Assembly: GCA_963662285.2 (NCBI GenBank)
Contig: CAXXMV010000008.1
Location: 1,312,001-1,376,000, forward strand
Reading direction: 5' to 3'
DNA length: 64,000 nucleotides
Source of the DNA: a bacterium
GTDB taxonomy: Bacteria > Hinthialibacterota > Hinthialibacteria > Hinthialibacterales > Hinthialibacteraceae
This document shows, piece after piece, positions 10,433 to 20,739 of this stretch. Under the pieces are notes generated by a model. It worked only from the letters and a program-made list of their open reading frames with translations, was not told where the DNA came from and did not search any database. Position 1 is the stretch's first letter; each line of letters starts with the position of its first letter. The translations under genes and the position numbers were made by a program.

Positions 10433-10654
10433 ATGAACATAGAACGAATTGTTAGAATTGTGGCCGGCTCATTTGTATTGCTAAGCGTATCCCTGGGATT
10501 GCTGCATAGCCCGTGGTGGTTCGCATTTACCGCATTTGTCGGCTTTAATCTTGCCCAATCAGGATTTACGCAGTTCTGCCCGTTGGAAATTATTCTCAAA
10601 AAAGCAGGAATGAAATCCTGCACCTGCATTAAGGAGGCTGATAATGCTGAATGA
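10433..10654 (+). CDS. DUF2892 / YgaP-like membrane protein
   Basis: ERIVRIVAG...FVGFNLAQSGFTQFCP signature with 2 TM helices. Confidence 0.85.
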   Translation: MNIERIVRIVAGSFVLLSVSLGLLHSPWWFAFTAFVGFNLAQSGFTQFCPLEIILKKAGMKSCTCIKEADNAE

Positions 10655-10808
10655 TCTTTTATTCCTTATAATCGTACTGGGGTTTTGGTATGCGCTAATG
10701 AGATATATATTACCTGCATTAGGAATTTCAACTTGTATGACTGGAGCATGCCAATCCAAACGCTCTAATCGTGACAACGAACATTCAGATGGAGCTAAAA
10801 ATGAATAG
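10644..10808 (+). CDS. Small single-TM protein with a CxxxxC motif (54 aa, not in the ORF track)
   Basis: AAGGAGG RBS upstream of ATG 10644. Translation MLNDLLFLIIVLGFWYALMRYILPALGISTCMTGACQSKRSNRDNEHSDGAKNE. It overlaps both neighbours and exactly fills the operon gap. Confidence 0.75.
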   Translation: MLNDLLFLIIVLGFWYALMRYILPALGISTCMTGACQSKRSNRDNEHSDGAKNE

Positions 10809-12480
10809 AAAAATTATCATTATTGGTGGAGTTGCTGCGGGTACTAAAAGCGCGGCAAAAGCCCGGCGGCAAGACCCTAATGCAGACATAACCATATATA
10901 CCGATGAAGAATTCATCTCCTACGCTGGTTGTGGTCAACCATACTATATTGGCGGCAGTATCCTGATTAAGGATAATCTGTTAGCCAGAACGCCCGAACA
11001 ATTTGAACAATTAACCAATATTAAAATTCGGGTGAAACATCAAGTTACAAGCATCAAGACATCATCGAAGACGCTAGATATAGTTGATCTCAACACGAAT
11101 GAATCGCATAGCGTTGTTTATGACGCCCTGGTCATCGCAACGGGGGCTTCACCGATTATTCCTCCACTACCCGGCGTTGATCTACCAGGAGTATACGCCG
11201 TACGCACTATTCCAGATGCAGAAGAGATGCGTAATTTATTTGATTCAGGTAAAACCAAGAATATTGTAATAGTCGGCGGTGGTTATATCGGGTTGGAAAT
11301 GGTTGAGAATCTGGCGGAACGCAATCTCAATGTAACCGTAGTTGAAAGAGAAGATCAACTTGCGCCGCTATTCGATAAAGATGTAGCCGGACATATCAGA
11401 AATACGCTGCTGCCCAAACATGTCACCATTATGACTGGCAAGTCGTTGGAAGCAATCAATGGAACTGCTGAAGATGGCGTCCAGTCTGTCGTCATAGCAG
11501 GCAAAACGCTTAAAACCGATATGGTGATTCTATCTATCGGCGTTCGTCCCAATGTCAAACTGGCGCAAGATGCGGGAATCGAACTGGGCGTAACCGGCGC
11601 CATTAAAGTTAATCAAAAGATGGAAACCAGCGCTCCTGATGTTTATGCCGCTGGCGATTGCGTTGAAACTATCAATCTGGTAACCGGAAAACCGGCCTGG
11701 ATTCCCCTGGGATCAACCGCCAACAAACAAGGTCGCGTGGTAGGCATCAATATAACCGGCGGCGACGCCAAATTTCCTGGCGTCTATGGTACGGGGATTT
11801 TTCGCATATTCGACTTAAATGTTTCTAAAACAGGTCTTTCCGAGAAAGAAGCTAATAAAGAAGGCATCGATTATGAAGCAGTGGTTATCGCGGCAGATGA
11901 TAAACCGCACTATATGTCTGGCCTGCAAAAGGTGATAGTGAAACTGCTCGCAGAACGTTCCACGCGACGTTTGATCGGCGCTGAAGTTTGGGGACGCGGC
12001 AACGTCGACAAAGTAATTGATGCTATTGCCACGGCTCTTCATTTCAAAGCTACGGTTGAGGATGCTATGCAACTCGATTTGGCTTATGCTCCACCTTATG
12101 CTCCGGCAATGGGTAATCTCATAACTGCCGCAAACGTATTGCAAAATAAGTTGGATGGAAATACCAAGGGCATCCTGCCTACGGAAGTGCAAGAGAAAGT
12201 AGACCGGGGCGATGATTTCATGATGATTGACGTGCGTCCTCCAGAGATGCGGGCGCAGATATGTCTCGAGGAATGCGTCAATATACCTATGGGACAACTC
12301 GTACAAAGACTGGATGAAATCCCCAAAGATAAAGAGATCATTACATCATGCATGATTGGTTTGAATGCGGCGCAAGCCTATCGCGTTCTCCGTGATCATG
12401 GTTTTGAGAATGTGAAATATATGGATGGCGGTCTTATCGCCTGGCCAGACCCGATTCCTTGTCCGATCAAGCAACAATAA
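10801..12480 (+). CDS. CoA-disulfide reductase-rhodanese fusion (CoADR-RHD / persulfide reductase type)
   Basis: FAD motif IIGGVAAG, redox Cys in SYAGCGQPY, NAD(P)H motif VGGGYIGLEM, YAAGDC, DLAYAPP, and a C-terminal rhodanese domain (IDVR...CMIGLNA...MDGG). Confidence 0.9.
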   Translation: MNRKIIIIGGVAAGTKSAAKARRQDPNADITIYTDEEFISYAGCGQPYYIGGSILIKDNLLARTPEQFEQLTNIKIRVKHQVTSIKTSSKTLDIVDLNTNESHSVVYDALVIATGASPIIPPLPGVDLPGVYAVRTIPDAEEMRNLFDSGKTKNIVIVGGGYIGLEMVENLAERNLNVTVVEREDQLAPLFDKDVAGHIRNTLLPKHVTIMTGKSLEAINGTAEDGVQSVVIAGKTLKTDMVILSIGVRPNVKLAQDAGIELGVTGAIKVNQKMETSAPDVYAAGDCVETINLVTGKPAWIPLGSTANKQGRVVGINITGGDAKFPGVYGTGIFRIFDLNVSKTGLSEKEANKEGIDYEAVVIAADDKPHYMSGLQKVIVKLLAERSTRRLIGAEVWGRGNVDKVIDAIATALHFKATVEDAMQLDLAYAPPYAPAMGNLITAANVLQNKLDGNTKGILPTEVQEKVDRGDDFMMIDVRPPEMRAQICLEECVNIPMGQLVQRLDEIPKDKEIITSCMIGLNAAQAYRVLRDHGFENVKYMDGGLIAWPDPIPCPIKQQ

Positions 12481-12518
12481 CTTTCTAATTATTTATTACC
12501 ATAAAACAACAATAAACC

Positions 12519-12552
12519 AAGAAAGCGCAGATAATCCACTCTGCGCTTTCTT
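12519..12552 (+). terminator. Intrinsic terminator-like hairpin after the CoADR gene
   Basis: AAGAAAGCGCAG - 10-nt loop - CTGCGCTTTCTT followed by ATTTGT. Confidence 0.7.
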
Positions 12553-12703
12553 ATTTGTAAACAATTCAAAAACTCAAATCAACTTGCAGTTGAATGATTC
12601 ATGCATCTGTTGAATGAAACAATTTCACCTTGGAAACGTTCAGAGGGCAACTATAATTCAGTTTATGATATATCAAGATTCAAGATGAAAGGAATTACGA
12701 TTT

Positions 12704-15700
12704 ATGTCCCGATCCACTGTTTCGCTCCAGGAGATTTTACAAGAGAAGATCATGATTGTTGATGGAGCGATGGGAACCTCTCTGCAACAATGCGATTTGA
12801 CGCCTAAAGACTTTGGCGGCACGGAATTAGACGGCTGCAATGAGAATCTGGTTATTACCAGACCAGAAGTGATAACCAAAATCCATAGAGATTATCTGGA
12901 AGCTGGCGCCGACATTATTGAAACCAACACTTTCGGATCTACCCGCATTGTCTTGTCTGAATACGGCCTGGAAGATAAAGGCTATGTTTTAAATAAAACC
13001 GCTGCAGAACTGGCGCGTAAAGTTGCCGATGAGTTTTCTACGTCTGATAAGCCGCGTTTTGTGGCCGGATCGATGGGACCAACCACCAAAAGCATCACCG
13101 TTACCGGCGGAGTCACTTTCCCTGACTTGGTTGATAATTTCTACCATCAAGCTAAAGCGCTTATTGATGGGGGAATCGACCTCTTCCTGATGGAAACATC
13201 GCAGGATACCCGAAATGTCAAAGCAGGTATTCTGGGAATTCAAAAAGCCCAGCAGGAATCGGGAACCTCTTTACCACTCTCCATCAGCGGAACCATAGAA
13301 CCAATGGGCGCTATGCTGGCCGGGCAGGATGTGGAATCGCTTTACGCCTCCATTGAACACGCCAATCCATTATCCATAGGCATCAACTGCGCCACTGGGC
13401 CATCATTTATGACCGATCATATCCGCTCGCTGTCGGATATAGCCGAATGTTACATCAGTTGCATCCCCAACGCCGGGCTGCCTGATGAAGAGGGCCACTA
13501 TAACGAAACTCCTGAAATGATCGCCGCCGTCCTTGAAGGTTTCGTCGACCAGGGGTGGATCAATATTTTGGGCGGGTGCTGTGGAACTACGCCGGAATAT
13601 ATCAAGGTCATGTCGCAGATGGCTCAAGGCAAGACTCCACGCCGTCCCAAGCCGCAATCTCGCTGGCATGTTTCTGGCATCGACTACCTGGAATTCACCG
13701 ATGACAACCGACCCATAATCGTAGGCGAGCGAACCAATGTTATCGGCAGCCGGAAATTCAAACGGCTTATTACTGAAGAGAAGTATGAGGAAGCCTCCGA
13801 AATTGGCCGCAAGCAGGTGCGCACTGGGGCACAGATTATTGATGTATGCCTGGCCAACCCGGATCGTGAAGAAAATATTGACATGGAACGATTTCTGGAG
13901 TTTCTGATCAAAAAGGTTAAAGCGCCTTTAATGATCGATTCGACGGATAAAGAAGTGGTCGAACTGGGGCTTCAGTATTCTCAGGGTAAATCAATCATAA
14001 ATTCGGTTAACCTGGAGGATGGCGAAGAACGTTTTGCGGAGATTGTTCCACTGGCCAGGAAATACGGCGCCGCACTTGTGGTTGGCTGTATCGATAATGA
14101 TCCAGATCAGGGCATGGGTTTAACGGTTGAACGTAAACTGGATATCGCCCGGCGCTCGTATGATCTGTTGACGAATAAGTTTGGCTTCCCCGCGCGTGAT
14201 ATCATATTCGATCCCCTGGTTTTCCCCTGCGCTACGGGTGACGAGAATTACATCGGATCCGCTGCGCAGACCATCAACGGCCTGACTGCCATTAAGCAGG
14301 AAATGCCATTAGTGCGAACTATTTTAGGAGTCAGCAACATCTCCTTCGGCCTTCCTCCAGCTGGCCGTGAAGTGCTTAACGCGGTGTTCCTTTATCATTG
14401 CACCAAAGCCGGTCTTGATTTAGCCATCGTCAATCCGGAAAAATTGCACCGCTACGCTTCTATCCCCGATCAGGAAAAAAAGATGGCGGACGATCTATTG
14501 TTTAATCGTGGAGAAAATCCAATTGCCGTATTTGCTGCATTCTATAAAGATAAAAAAATTCAAAAGAAGGAAAAACCCAAAGAGAATCTAACCATTGAAG
14601 AATTTCTGGCCTTGGCAGTGGTTGAGGGCAGCAAAGATGGATTGACCAATGCGCTTGATGAGGCAATGAAGAAATATCCTCCTCTGGAAGTGATTAACGG
14701 ACCCCTGATGAAGGGTATGGATGAAGTTGGCCGTTTATTCGGCAATAATGAATTGATTGTCGCTGAAGTACTGCAAAGCGCTGAGGTTATGAAAACCGCC
14801 GTCGATTATCTGGAAAAATTCATGAATCAGGCCGATGTAAATATCAAAGGCGTTATTGTATTGGCGACTGTCAAAGGCGACGTCCACGACATCGGTAAAA
14901 ACCTGGTTGAAATCATCTTCAGCAACAACGGATACAAGATCATTAATCTCGGCATCAAGGCGCCGCCTGAATTAATCATTAAGGCATGTAAGGAACATAA
15001 TCCTGATATGATCGGTCTTAGCGGATTATTGGTAAAATCGGCGCAACAAATGACTATCACTGCGCATGATTTACGCTCAGCTGAAATACATATCCCTATT
15101 ATGGTGGGCGGAGCGGCATTATCGAACCGTTTCACCCGCTTGAAGATCGCACCTCAATATGATGGATTAGTCGCCTATGCCAAAGACGCCATGAACGGTC
15201 TCGACTTGACCAATCAACTGATGGATGATCAGTTGCGTCCCCAGATGGAAAAACATATTCAGGAAATGACCGAAAAACTTACGGTTCTATCCAATGAAAA
15301 AAATGATCGCTCATCCAAACGTACCTTGAAGGAGGATAGGATTGTCATCATGGATGACGTCGATATTCCTGCTCCTCCGGATTACAAAGTTCATGTTCTT
15401 GATAATACTCCACTGGATGAAATTTTCCCTTACATTAATTTGCAGACTCTTTACGGTAAACACTTGGGCCTCAAAGGAAACGCCAAACGCCTGTTTGAGT
15501 CGGCAGATGAAAAGGCCTGCTCTTTAAGAGAAACCGTTACCCATATTCAGGATGAAATAATCGAGAACAAAATTATCGAACCGCGCGCCATTTTCCAATT
15601 CTTACCTGTTAAACGGGATGGTGATGCAATAGTCATATATGATTCGATGTATAAATCTGAACGGCAGCGTTTCGTGTTCCCCCGCCAGAAGAGCGGCGAT

Positions 15701-16228
15701 GGATTGTGTCTATCCGACTTCGTTTCTCAAAATCGCAAAGATTATATAGCCATGTTCGTTACAACATGCGGCGGATCGAAAATGCTGCAATCCTCTGAGA
15801 AATATAAGGAGAAGGGTGAATACCTTAAATCGCATACCATCCAGGCTCTGGCGATTGAATGCGCTGAAGCGTTAGCTGAACTACTGCATAAAAAAATCCG
15901 TGATATGTGGTGTATAGCTGATCCTCCGGAAATTACCTTTAAGGAGATTTTGCATGCCAAATACCGAGGCATCCGAGTCAGTCCGGGGTATCCTTCCTGC
16001 CCACGGCTGGAAGATCAGGAACTGCTTTTCAATCTACTGGAAGTGGAAAAACACATTGGAGTATCCATCACCGAGAACTATATGATGGAACCGGAAGCCT
16101 CGGTATCGGCTATTGTGTTCCATCATCCACAAGCCAACTATTTTACCGTCAATGAAAATGATCTGGCAGATTTTGAAGAACAAATGCATGGGTGCCAAGG
16201 GCAAGACCGCAGTGCGGTCAGCCCTTGA
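12704..16228 (+). CDS. metH: Cobalamin-dependent methionine synthase
   Basis: DGAMGT, NCATG and GGCCGT (Hcy/Zn domain), GERTN (pterin domain), GDVHDIGKN (B12-binding), and a C-terminal reactivation domain ([15 protein letters not shown]). Confidence 0.97.
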   Translation: MSRSTVSLQEILQEKIMIVDGAMGTSLQQCDLTPKDFGGTELDGCNENLVITRPEVITKIHRDYLEAGADIIETNTFGSTRIVLSEYGLEDKGYVLNKTAAELARKVADEFSTSDKPRFVAGSMGPTTKSITVTGGVTFPDLVDNFYHQAKALIDGGIDLFLMETSQDTRNVKAGILGIQKAQQESGTSLPLSISGTIEPMGAMLAGQDVESLYASIEHANPLSIGINCATGPSFMTDHIRSLSDIAECYISCIPNAGLPDEEGHYNETPEMIAAVLEGFVDQGWINILGGCCGTTPEYIKVMSQMAQGKTPRRPKPQSRWHVSGIDYLEFTDDNRPIIVGERTNVIGSRKFKRLITEEKYEEASEIGRKQVRTGAQIIDVCLANPDREENIDMERFLEFLIKKVKAPLMIDSTDKEVVELGLQYSQGKSIINSVNLEDGEERFAEIVPLARKYGAALVVGCIDNDPDQGMGLTVERKLDIARRSYDLLTNKFGFPARDIIFDPLVFPCATGDENYIGSAAQTINGLTAIKQEMPLVRTILGVSNISFGLPPAGREVLNAVFLYHCTKAGLDLAIVNPEKLHRYASIPDQEKKMADDLLFNRGENPIAVFAAFYKDKKIQKKEKPKENLTIEEFLALAVVEGSKDGLTNALDEAMKKYPPLEVINGPLMKGMDEVGRLFGNNELIVAEVLQSAEVMKTAVDYLEKFMNQADVNIKGVIVLATVKGDVHDIGKNLVEIIFSNNGYKIINLGIKAPPELIIKACKEHNPDMIGLSGLLVKSAQQMTITAHDLRSAEIHIPIMVGGAALSNRFTRLKIAPQYDGLVAYAKDAMNGLDLTNQLMDDQLRPQMEKHIQEMTEKLTVLSNEKNDRSSKRTLKEDRIVIMDDVDIPAPPDYKVHVLDNTPLDEIFPYINLQTLYGKHLGLKGNAKRLFESADEKACSLRETVTHIQDEIIENKIIEPRAIFQFLPVKRDGDAIVIYDSMYKSERQRFVFPRQKSGDGLCLSDFVSQNRKDYIAMFVTTCGGSKMLQSSEKYKEKGEYLKSHTIQALAIECAEALAELLHKKIRDMWCIADPPEITFKEILHAKYRGIRVSPGYPSCPRLEDQELLFNLLEVEKHIGVSITENYMMEPEASVSAIVFHHPQANYFTVNENDLADFEEQMHGCQGQDRSAVSP

Positions 16229-16279
16229 TCGAACCACCAACGATATAGCGAAATTGAAGACGCACGGGCGGATTAATAA

Positions 16280-17113
16280 ATGATTCAATTATCTAGAATT
16301 TCTTTTTATATTTACATGATCCCGCTATGCGCCATCATGTTGTGCGGACATCCCTCGTACGCGAATAACGTCGATGTAACCATTCTGCATACCAACGATT
16401 TCCATTGCACCTTTAATCGCGCCAATTCACTGCTTAAAACAATCCGATCTCTACGAAAAGCATTTCCTCATAGCATTCTGCTTGATGCAGGCGACATGTT
16501 TGAAAGCAAGGTTCCCAAAGTTATTACAAGCCGTGGACGAATTGTGGTTGATTTTATGAATCAAGCAGGATATGACGCCATGACGTTAGGCGATAATGCC
16601 TTCAAAATATTTCCTCTCGAAGATATTGAACGTTGTATAAAAAAATTCCGATTTCCTGTTCTATTATCAAACCTGGAAAAAAAAAGCGATGAAAATCCGC
16701 TCTCTCTGCCATATTTTATCTTTAACTGCAATGGCGCGAGGCTCGGCGTTATTGGCCTTTATGATGAAGAGTCGCTCGACGCAGCAGGAATAAAAATTCT
16801 CCCTCCCCCAAAAACCCTGCAACGATATATCTCTCTGCTTAAAAACAAAGTTGATTGCATCATTGTTTTAAGCCATTCAGGAATAGACAAAGACCTGAAG
16901 TTAGCCGGACAGATAGATGGAATAGATGTTATCGTAGGCGGTTCCAGCGAGGTTGAACTGCATAATCCTAAAAAAGAGGGTGATACGCTTATTGTACAGG
17001 CTGGTCATTATGGGATGTATGTCGGCGCTTTGCATTTAAGCATTGATACAGAAAAGAACGCCATAAGCAAATGGAAGGGCGGCCTGATCCCCACCTCCAG
17101 CGACTTGGATTAA
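16280..17113 (+). CDS. Secreted metallophosphoesterase, 5'-nucleotidase-like N-terminal domain only
   Basis: ILHTNDFH, LLDAGD, GYDAMTLGDN, VLSHSG and IVQAG motifs. The canonical GNHE and GHSH motifs are degenerate (GDNA, GGSSE). Confidence 0.75.
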   Translation: MIQLSRISFYIYMIPLCAIMLCGHPSYANNVDVTILHTNDFHCTFNRANSLLKTIRSLRKAFPHSILLDAGDMFESKVPKVITSRGRIVVDFMNQAGYDAMTLGDNAFKIFPLEDIERCIKKFRFPVLLSNLEKKSDENPLSLPYFIFNCNGARLGVIGLYDEESLDAAGIKILPPPKTLQRYISLLKNKVDCIIVLSHSGIDKDLKLAGQIDGIDVIVGGSSEVELHNPKKEGDTLIVQAGHYGMYVGALHLSIDTEKNAISKWKGGLIPTSSDLD

Positions 17114-17293
17114 GATACAACACCGATTTTCACAGCATCCCTAACCGTCATAATTAAGCCAAGATTTCGGGGGGCTGAATTGTTGGTTAAGCAGTGAATT
17201 TTATTTTCATCGGTCGGCCATCCAGCCAGGGGATGGGGGTTGGTTCTTGCAACTTTTTTACTCCTTGCAGTATAGGCGTGTTGGCCCGTTTGC

Positions 17294-17984
17294 AAATCCG
17301 GCCAACTCGCGCGCCACCGCTGTGATGGCGACGTTCTCCTTCTTGCCATTTTTTATCATATCCGTGTATTTTTTATGAAGGCGCCGCATCGGCTTTGTCC
17401 GCCGCCGCTATGACCCAGGCCGGTTGTCCGGCTCTTCTTTTGCTCAGCGCTTTGCCGACCTGAGGGCGATGGCGTTGATGCCACGACGACTCGACCAATA
17501 TGCGCCGCACGCGTTTATTGCCGCTTTTGGTGATGGATCCCCGGCGCGTTTTGACTCCCGAAGAATTCTCACTCGGAGTCAATCCCAAAAATGCCATAAG
17601 CTGATTGAGATCATTGAAGCGTTCGAAACCGTAAAGTTCGCTCAGGATCACCATGGCAGTCACAGTATCGATGCCGCGGAAGCATCGCAGCCATCCCACT
17701 TTTTCCCGGTATGTTTCGCTCTGCGCAATCTGCTCAATTTCTTGCTCCAGTTTTTTGACCCGCTCTATGCAACGCTCCACCTCATACAGCAAATCGTCCA
17801 GGGGAATTTGCAGTTTGGGATCCTTGAATTTTTTTAACATTCGACTTATAAAACGCTGCAACTCTTTTGCGTTATTTTGTACGGTGCATCTCATTTCTGT
17901 TGAATTCTGTGGATCAATGATGTACATGAAATGTTCGTTTTTGTGAGCATCAATTCCTACGTAAATTGTATTATAATCTTTCAT
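17294..17984 (-). pseudogene. IS110 transposase/recombinase pseudogene
   Basis: Internal deletion near 17815 (no EAG or KTD motifs) and a 1-nt frameshift near 17390. Confidence 0.8.
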
Positions 17985-18097
17985 GACCGGCTCTTTTCGT
18001 ATGCGGCTCTGTCGCAGCCTGCTGATAACCCGCGATCCCATGGATATTACCATTATCCATCTACGATCACGGGGCCGATCGTTCCATATGGTCTACG
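17294..18097 (-). mobile_element. IS110-family element remnant (left end plus internally deleted, frameshifted transposase)
   Basis: ATG 17984 gives YVGIDAHK (first DEDD residue), then the C-terminal domain FRGIDTVTAM...FLGLTPSENSSG...GSITKSGNKRVRRILVESSW. A frameshift near 17390 continues as MRRLHKKY...AITAVARELAGF. The middle of the RuvC-like domain is missing. Confidence 0.85.
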
Positions 18098-18195
18098 GGT
18101 TTAAATCACCACTCGCCAATTCCGCTTCTTTATTTTCATATAATTTTTCTATGAATTGAACTTTCTTTTTGTTCCTGCGTCCTTATCATAGAGCC

Positions 18196-18732
18196 ATGAA
18201 TACAAACGAACTAATAGATGATCGCATATATGTCATTCGCGCCCAATTAGGGGATGATGATGCGTTCATGACATTGGTGAATCTCTATAGCGGGCGTTTG
18301 CTTTACTATATCCGGCGTTTTCTGGAAGACGCAGACCGTTCTGACGATGTGCTCCAGGAAGTCTGGTTGACGGTCTATAAAAAAATCAACACGTTGCGCG
18401 ACGCATCAGCATTTTCCGTATGGCTCCACCGTACAGCCAGAAACCGGGCCATCCAATTGTTGAGAGTTGAGAGCCGGTACGTCTTTGTAGAACAGTATAA
18501 CGAATCGGATTTAATCGATGACGATCATGAAAGTTTGTTGTTTGATGATATTAACAAATTACATAGAGTTCTAACAACGCTATCGCCCGAACATAAGGAA
18601 GCCATTGTATTACGCTTTTTTGAAGAGATGAACTACCAAGAGATAGCAGACATCATGGGATGCAGCATTGGCACGGTACGTTCGCGCATCCACTACGCAA
18701 AACAGGAATTAAGAAAAAAGATGGAGGAATAA
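18196..18732 (+). CDS. ECF RNA polymerase sigma-70 factor
   Basis: Region 2 DDVLQEVWL...FSVWLHRTARN; region 4 LSPEHKEAIVLRFFEEMNYQEIADIMGCSIGTVRSRIHYAK. Confidence 0.92.
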   Translation: MNTNELIDDRIYVIRAQLGDDDAFMTLVNLYSGRLLYYIRRFLEDADRSDDVLQEVWLTVYKKINTLRDASAFSVWLHRTARNRAIQLLRVESRYVFVEQYNESDLIDDDHESLLFDDINKLHRVLTTLSPEHKEAIVLRFFEEMNYQEIADIMGCSIGTVRSRIHYAKQELRKKMEE

Positions 18733-18734
18733 AA

Positions 18735-19148
18735 ATGATGAATGACATCCAAGAAAAAATTATGCAAGCCAATGGAATAAAACAAAGCGAAATTCCTGAG
18801 CAACAACTGAAAGGAATCCGGCGTTTAATAAAGCGGGAAAAAATAGGGATTTTTATCACCAAGTTCTTTACTACACTTTTTTGGAGCGCGTCGCTTGTCA
18901 TGCTGGGGGGGTATATGTATGCCGTAAAATTGATTCTTTTTCATCAAAGGGCTGAACTTGCAAGTTCCTCTATAAAAGAAACTGTAGACATCATAATGGT
19001 GCTAGAAACAATCCTGCCGCTTGTTATCATCCTTGCCGCTGTCTGCTCAGTCTTTCTTTACATACGCGCCAAATCAGTAAATCTGCTTCAGATCCATGAA
19101 CGGCTGCACAACTTGGAAGAGATGGTGAAAATTCTTTTGTCTAAATGA
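18735..19148 (+). CDS. Two-TM membrane protein, putative anti-sigma factor
   Basis: Starts 2 nt after the ECF stop with a GGAGG RBS; two hydrophobic helices. Function inferred from position only. Confidence 0.6.
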   Translation: MMNDIQEKIMQANGIKQSEIPEQQLKGIRRLIKREKIGIFITKFFTTLFWSASLVMLGGYMYAVKLILFHQRAELASSSIKETVDIIMVLETILPLVIILAAVCSVFLYIRAKSVNLLQIHERLHNLEEMVKILLSK

Positions 19149-19160
19149 TTAGCGTAGCGC

Positions 19161-19240
19161 GTAGGATGGGCTAAAAGCTGCGAAAGCGACGTAACCAATT
19201 ACAGCCGCTTATGCTACGCTGGCTTTTTTAGCCACCTTAC
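19161..19240. repeat. Degenerate GTAG-type REP doublet (REPIN-like)
   Basis: GTAGGATGGGCTAAAAGC...GCTTTTTTAGCCACCTTAC; same family as 20871-20961. Confidence 0.6.
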
Positions 19241-19324
19241 TTAGTTAACTGATTCCCTCTTCTTTTCTAAACTGTTTTGATATTTGCTGCTTATTCTAGT
19301 ACCACGGATATCACATCCAGGTTA

Positions 19325-19930
19325 TTAATCTGTATAGTGATTATCCCGGCCGACTTCGCCGACGAATCCCTTATCGCAACGGATGATATCGCCGCCGCTG
19401 GTGACGCCGTTGCTGGGATTGTACGCCATCGACTTAAATAAGCGCGACGGCCAATGTAATGATGCATGATCCGGTCCCGCACTGCGCGTTAGCCACTGCC
19501 CGGTCGGGTCGGCTTCGTTGTTTTGCGCGCCAATTTCATAATCGTACTTGATGTTGCGGTATTGATAAAAACGCAACGGGTGGAAATTTCCCGCGTATAG
19601 TTCGAACTGATTGTGATTGGGGAAATCGATGAATGGATCAATCATCACCGAAGGGCTGACATAGGCAATTGGAGTGGTCAGTTGTTTCCAAACTACTATG
19701 CCTTTATATTCCACACCGCTTCCGCTTACTTGATTCGGTCCGCTTGGCTGTGAACCGTTATCTAGCATATACATGTTGATCGCCGTCGCATGAGCCGTCA
19801 TGTCACCCTTCACACGCGCGATCTTTGCTCGCACTTGAGCGTTCAAGAAATTGGGAACCGCGATTGCGGCTAGTATTCCGATGATCGCTACGACGATCAG
19901 CAACTCGATTAGAGTAAATGCGCGTTTCAT
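19325..19930 (-). CDS. Prepilin-type N-terminal methylation domain protein (GspG-like), paralog 1
   Basis: MKRAFTLIELLIVVAIIGILAAIAVPNFLNAQ; LTTPIAY...DPF; SAGPD...YNPSNGVTSGGDI. Confidence 0.88.
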   Translation of the reverse strand: MKRAFTLIELLIVVAIIGILAAIAVPNFLNAQVRAKIARVKGDMTAHATAINMYMLDNGSQPSGPNQVSGSGVEYKGIVVWKQLTTPIAYVSPSVMIDPFIDFPNHNQFELYAGNFHPLRFYQYRNIKYDYEIGAQNNEADPTGQWLTRSAGPDHASLHWPSRLFKSMAYNPSNGVTSGGDIIRCDKGFVGEVGRDNHYTD

Positions 19931-20154
19931 GATACAACCTCTCACGTTGGATATACTATCATATCTGATTGTTAATCCTAGAGAAAAAATCCATTTTTAA
20001 GAAAGGATCGGGTTGCTCCATTTTAACGATATTTCATAATCTACACTCAATGCATGTCTATCCTATACTTAACATGAAATGATGTTATATAATCAGTCAT
20101 ACCTTGATGTTGTCGATCTAAAGACGAAGGTTTTACTCTCAGGGAGTGACTAAT

Positions 20155-20739
20155 ATGAAAAATAATATTGCTTTTACTCTTATTGAACTCCTGATCGTAG
20201 TCGCCATTATAGGGATATTAGCATCAATTGCTGTTCCTAATTTCTTAAATGCCATGACGCGAGCCAAAGTTGCCCGTTCCATGGCAGATCAAAAGGCAAT
20301 GCATACGGCTATTCAGCAATACATGCTGGATGCGAACGATAATCCTCCCCATTCCCATGAGTCTAACCAGAACTATTGGTTAACTACTCCAGTGGCATAC
20401 CTTCCTGGATTCTTATATGATCCCTTTCAAGATACTCCATTAGCGCAGTCATTGTTCGGATCAGACCTCCAATATCATAAAAAGCAACAACATTGGGATC
20501 CACTTGATCGTAGATATTGGAGCAGCCTTTCTCTTGATACTTTAGATACTCAAAAAGAACCGGAACTTGAATATTGGTTGAAATCCATCGGAATTATCTT
20601 TGGCATGGGGCCATCCATGAAATATACGGGCTATTCAGGATTCACTTTTGGGGTTGCATTCATACCCTATGAACCAACCAACGGTTTGGTTAGCCTGGGG
20701 ATCATCCGCTGTTATGTACCTGGAAAACCAAAAGTATAA
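20155..20739 (+). CDS. Prepilin-type N-terminal methylation domain protein, paralog 2
   Basis: AFTLIELLIVVAIIGILASIAVPNFLNA; LTTPVAY...DPF; GMGP...YEPTNGLVSLG. Confidence 0.88.
   Translation: MKNNIAFTLIELLIVVAIIGILASIAVPNFLNAMTRAKVARSMADQKAMHTAIQQYMLDANDNPPHSHESNQNYWLTTPVAYLPGFLYDPFQDTPLAQSLFGSDLQYHKKQQHWDPLDRRYWSSLSLDTLDTQKEPELEYWLKSIGIIFGMGPSMKYTGYSGFTFGVAFIPYEPTNGLVSLGIIRCYVPGKPKV

Noticed and set aside
12553-12703. Possible SAM or cobalamin riboswitch upstream of metH
   Set aside because: No SAM-I core or B12-box consensus is recognisable and the leader is short and AT-rich; an Rfam scan would settle it.
17110-17349. 79-aa minus-strand ORF after the IS110 gene
   Set aside because: Its 5' part is an alternative frame of the frameshifted transposase tail and the remainder has no recognisable similarity.
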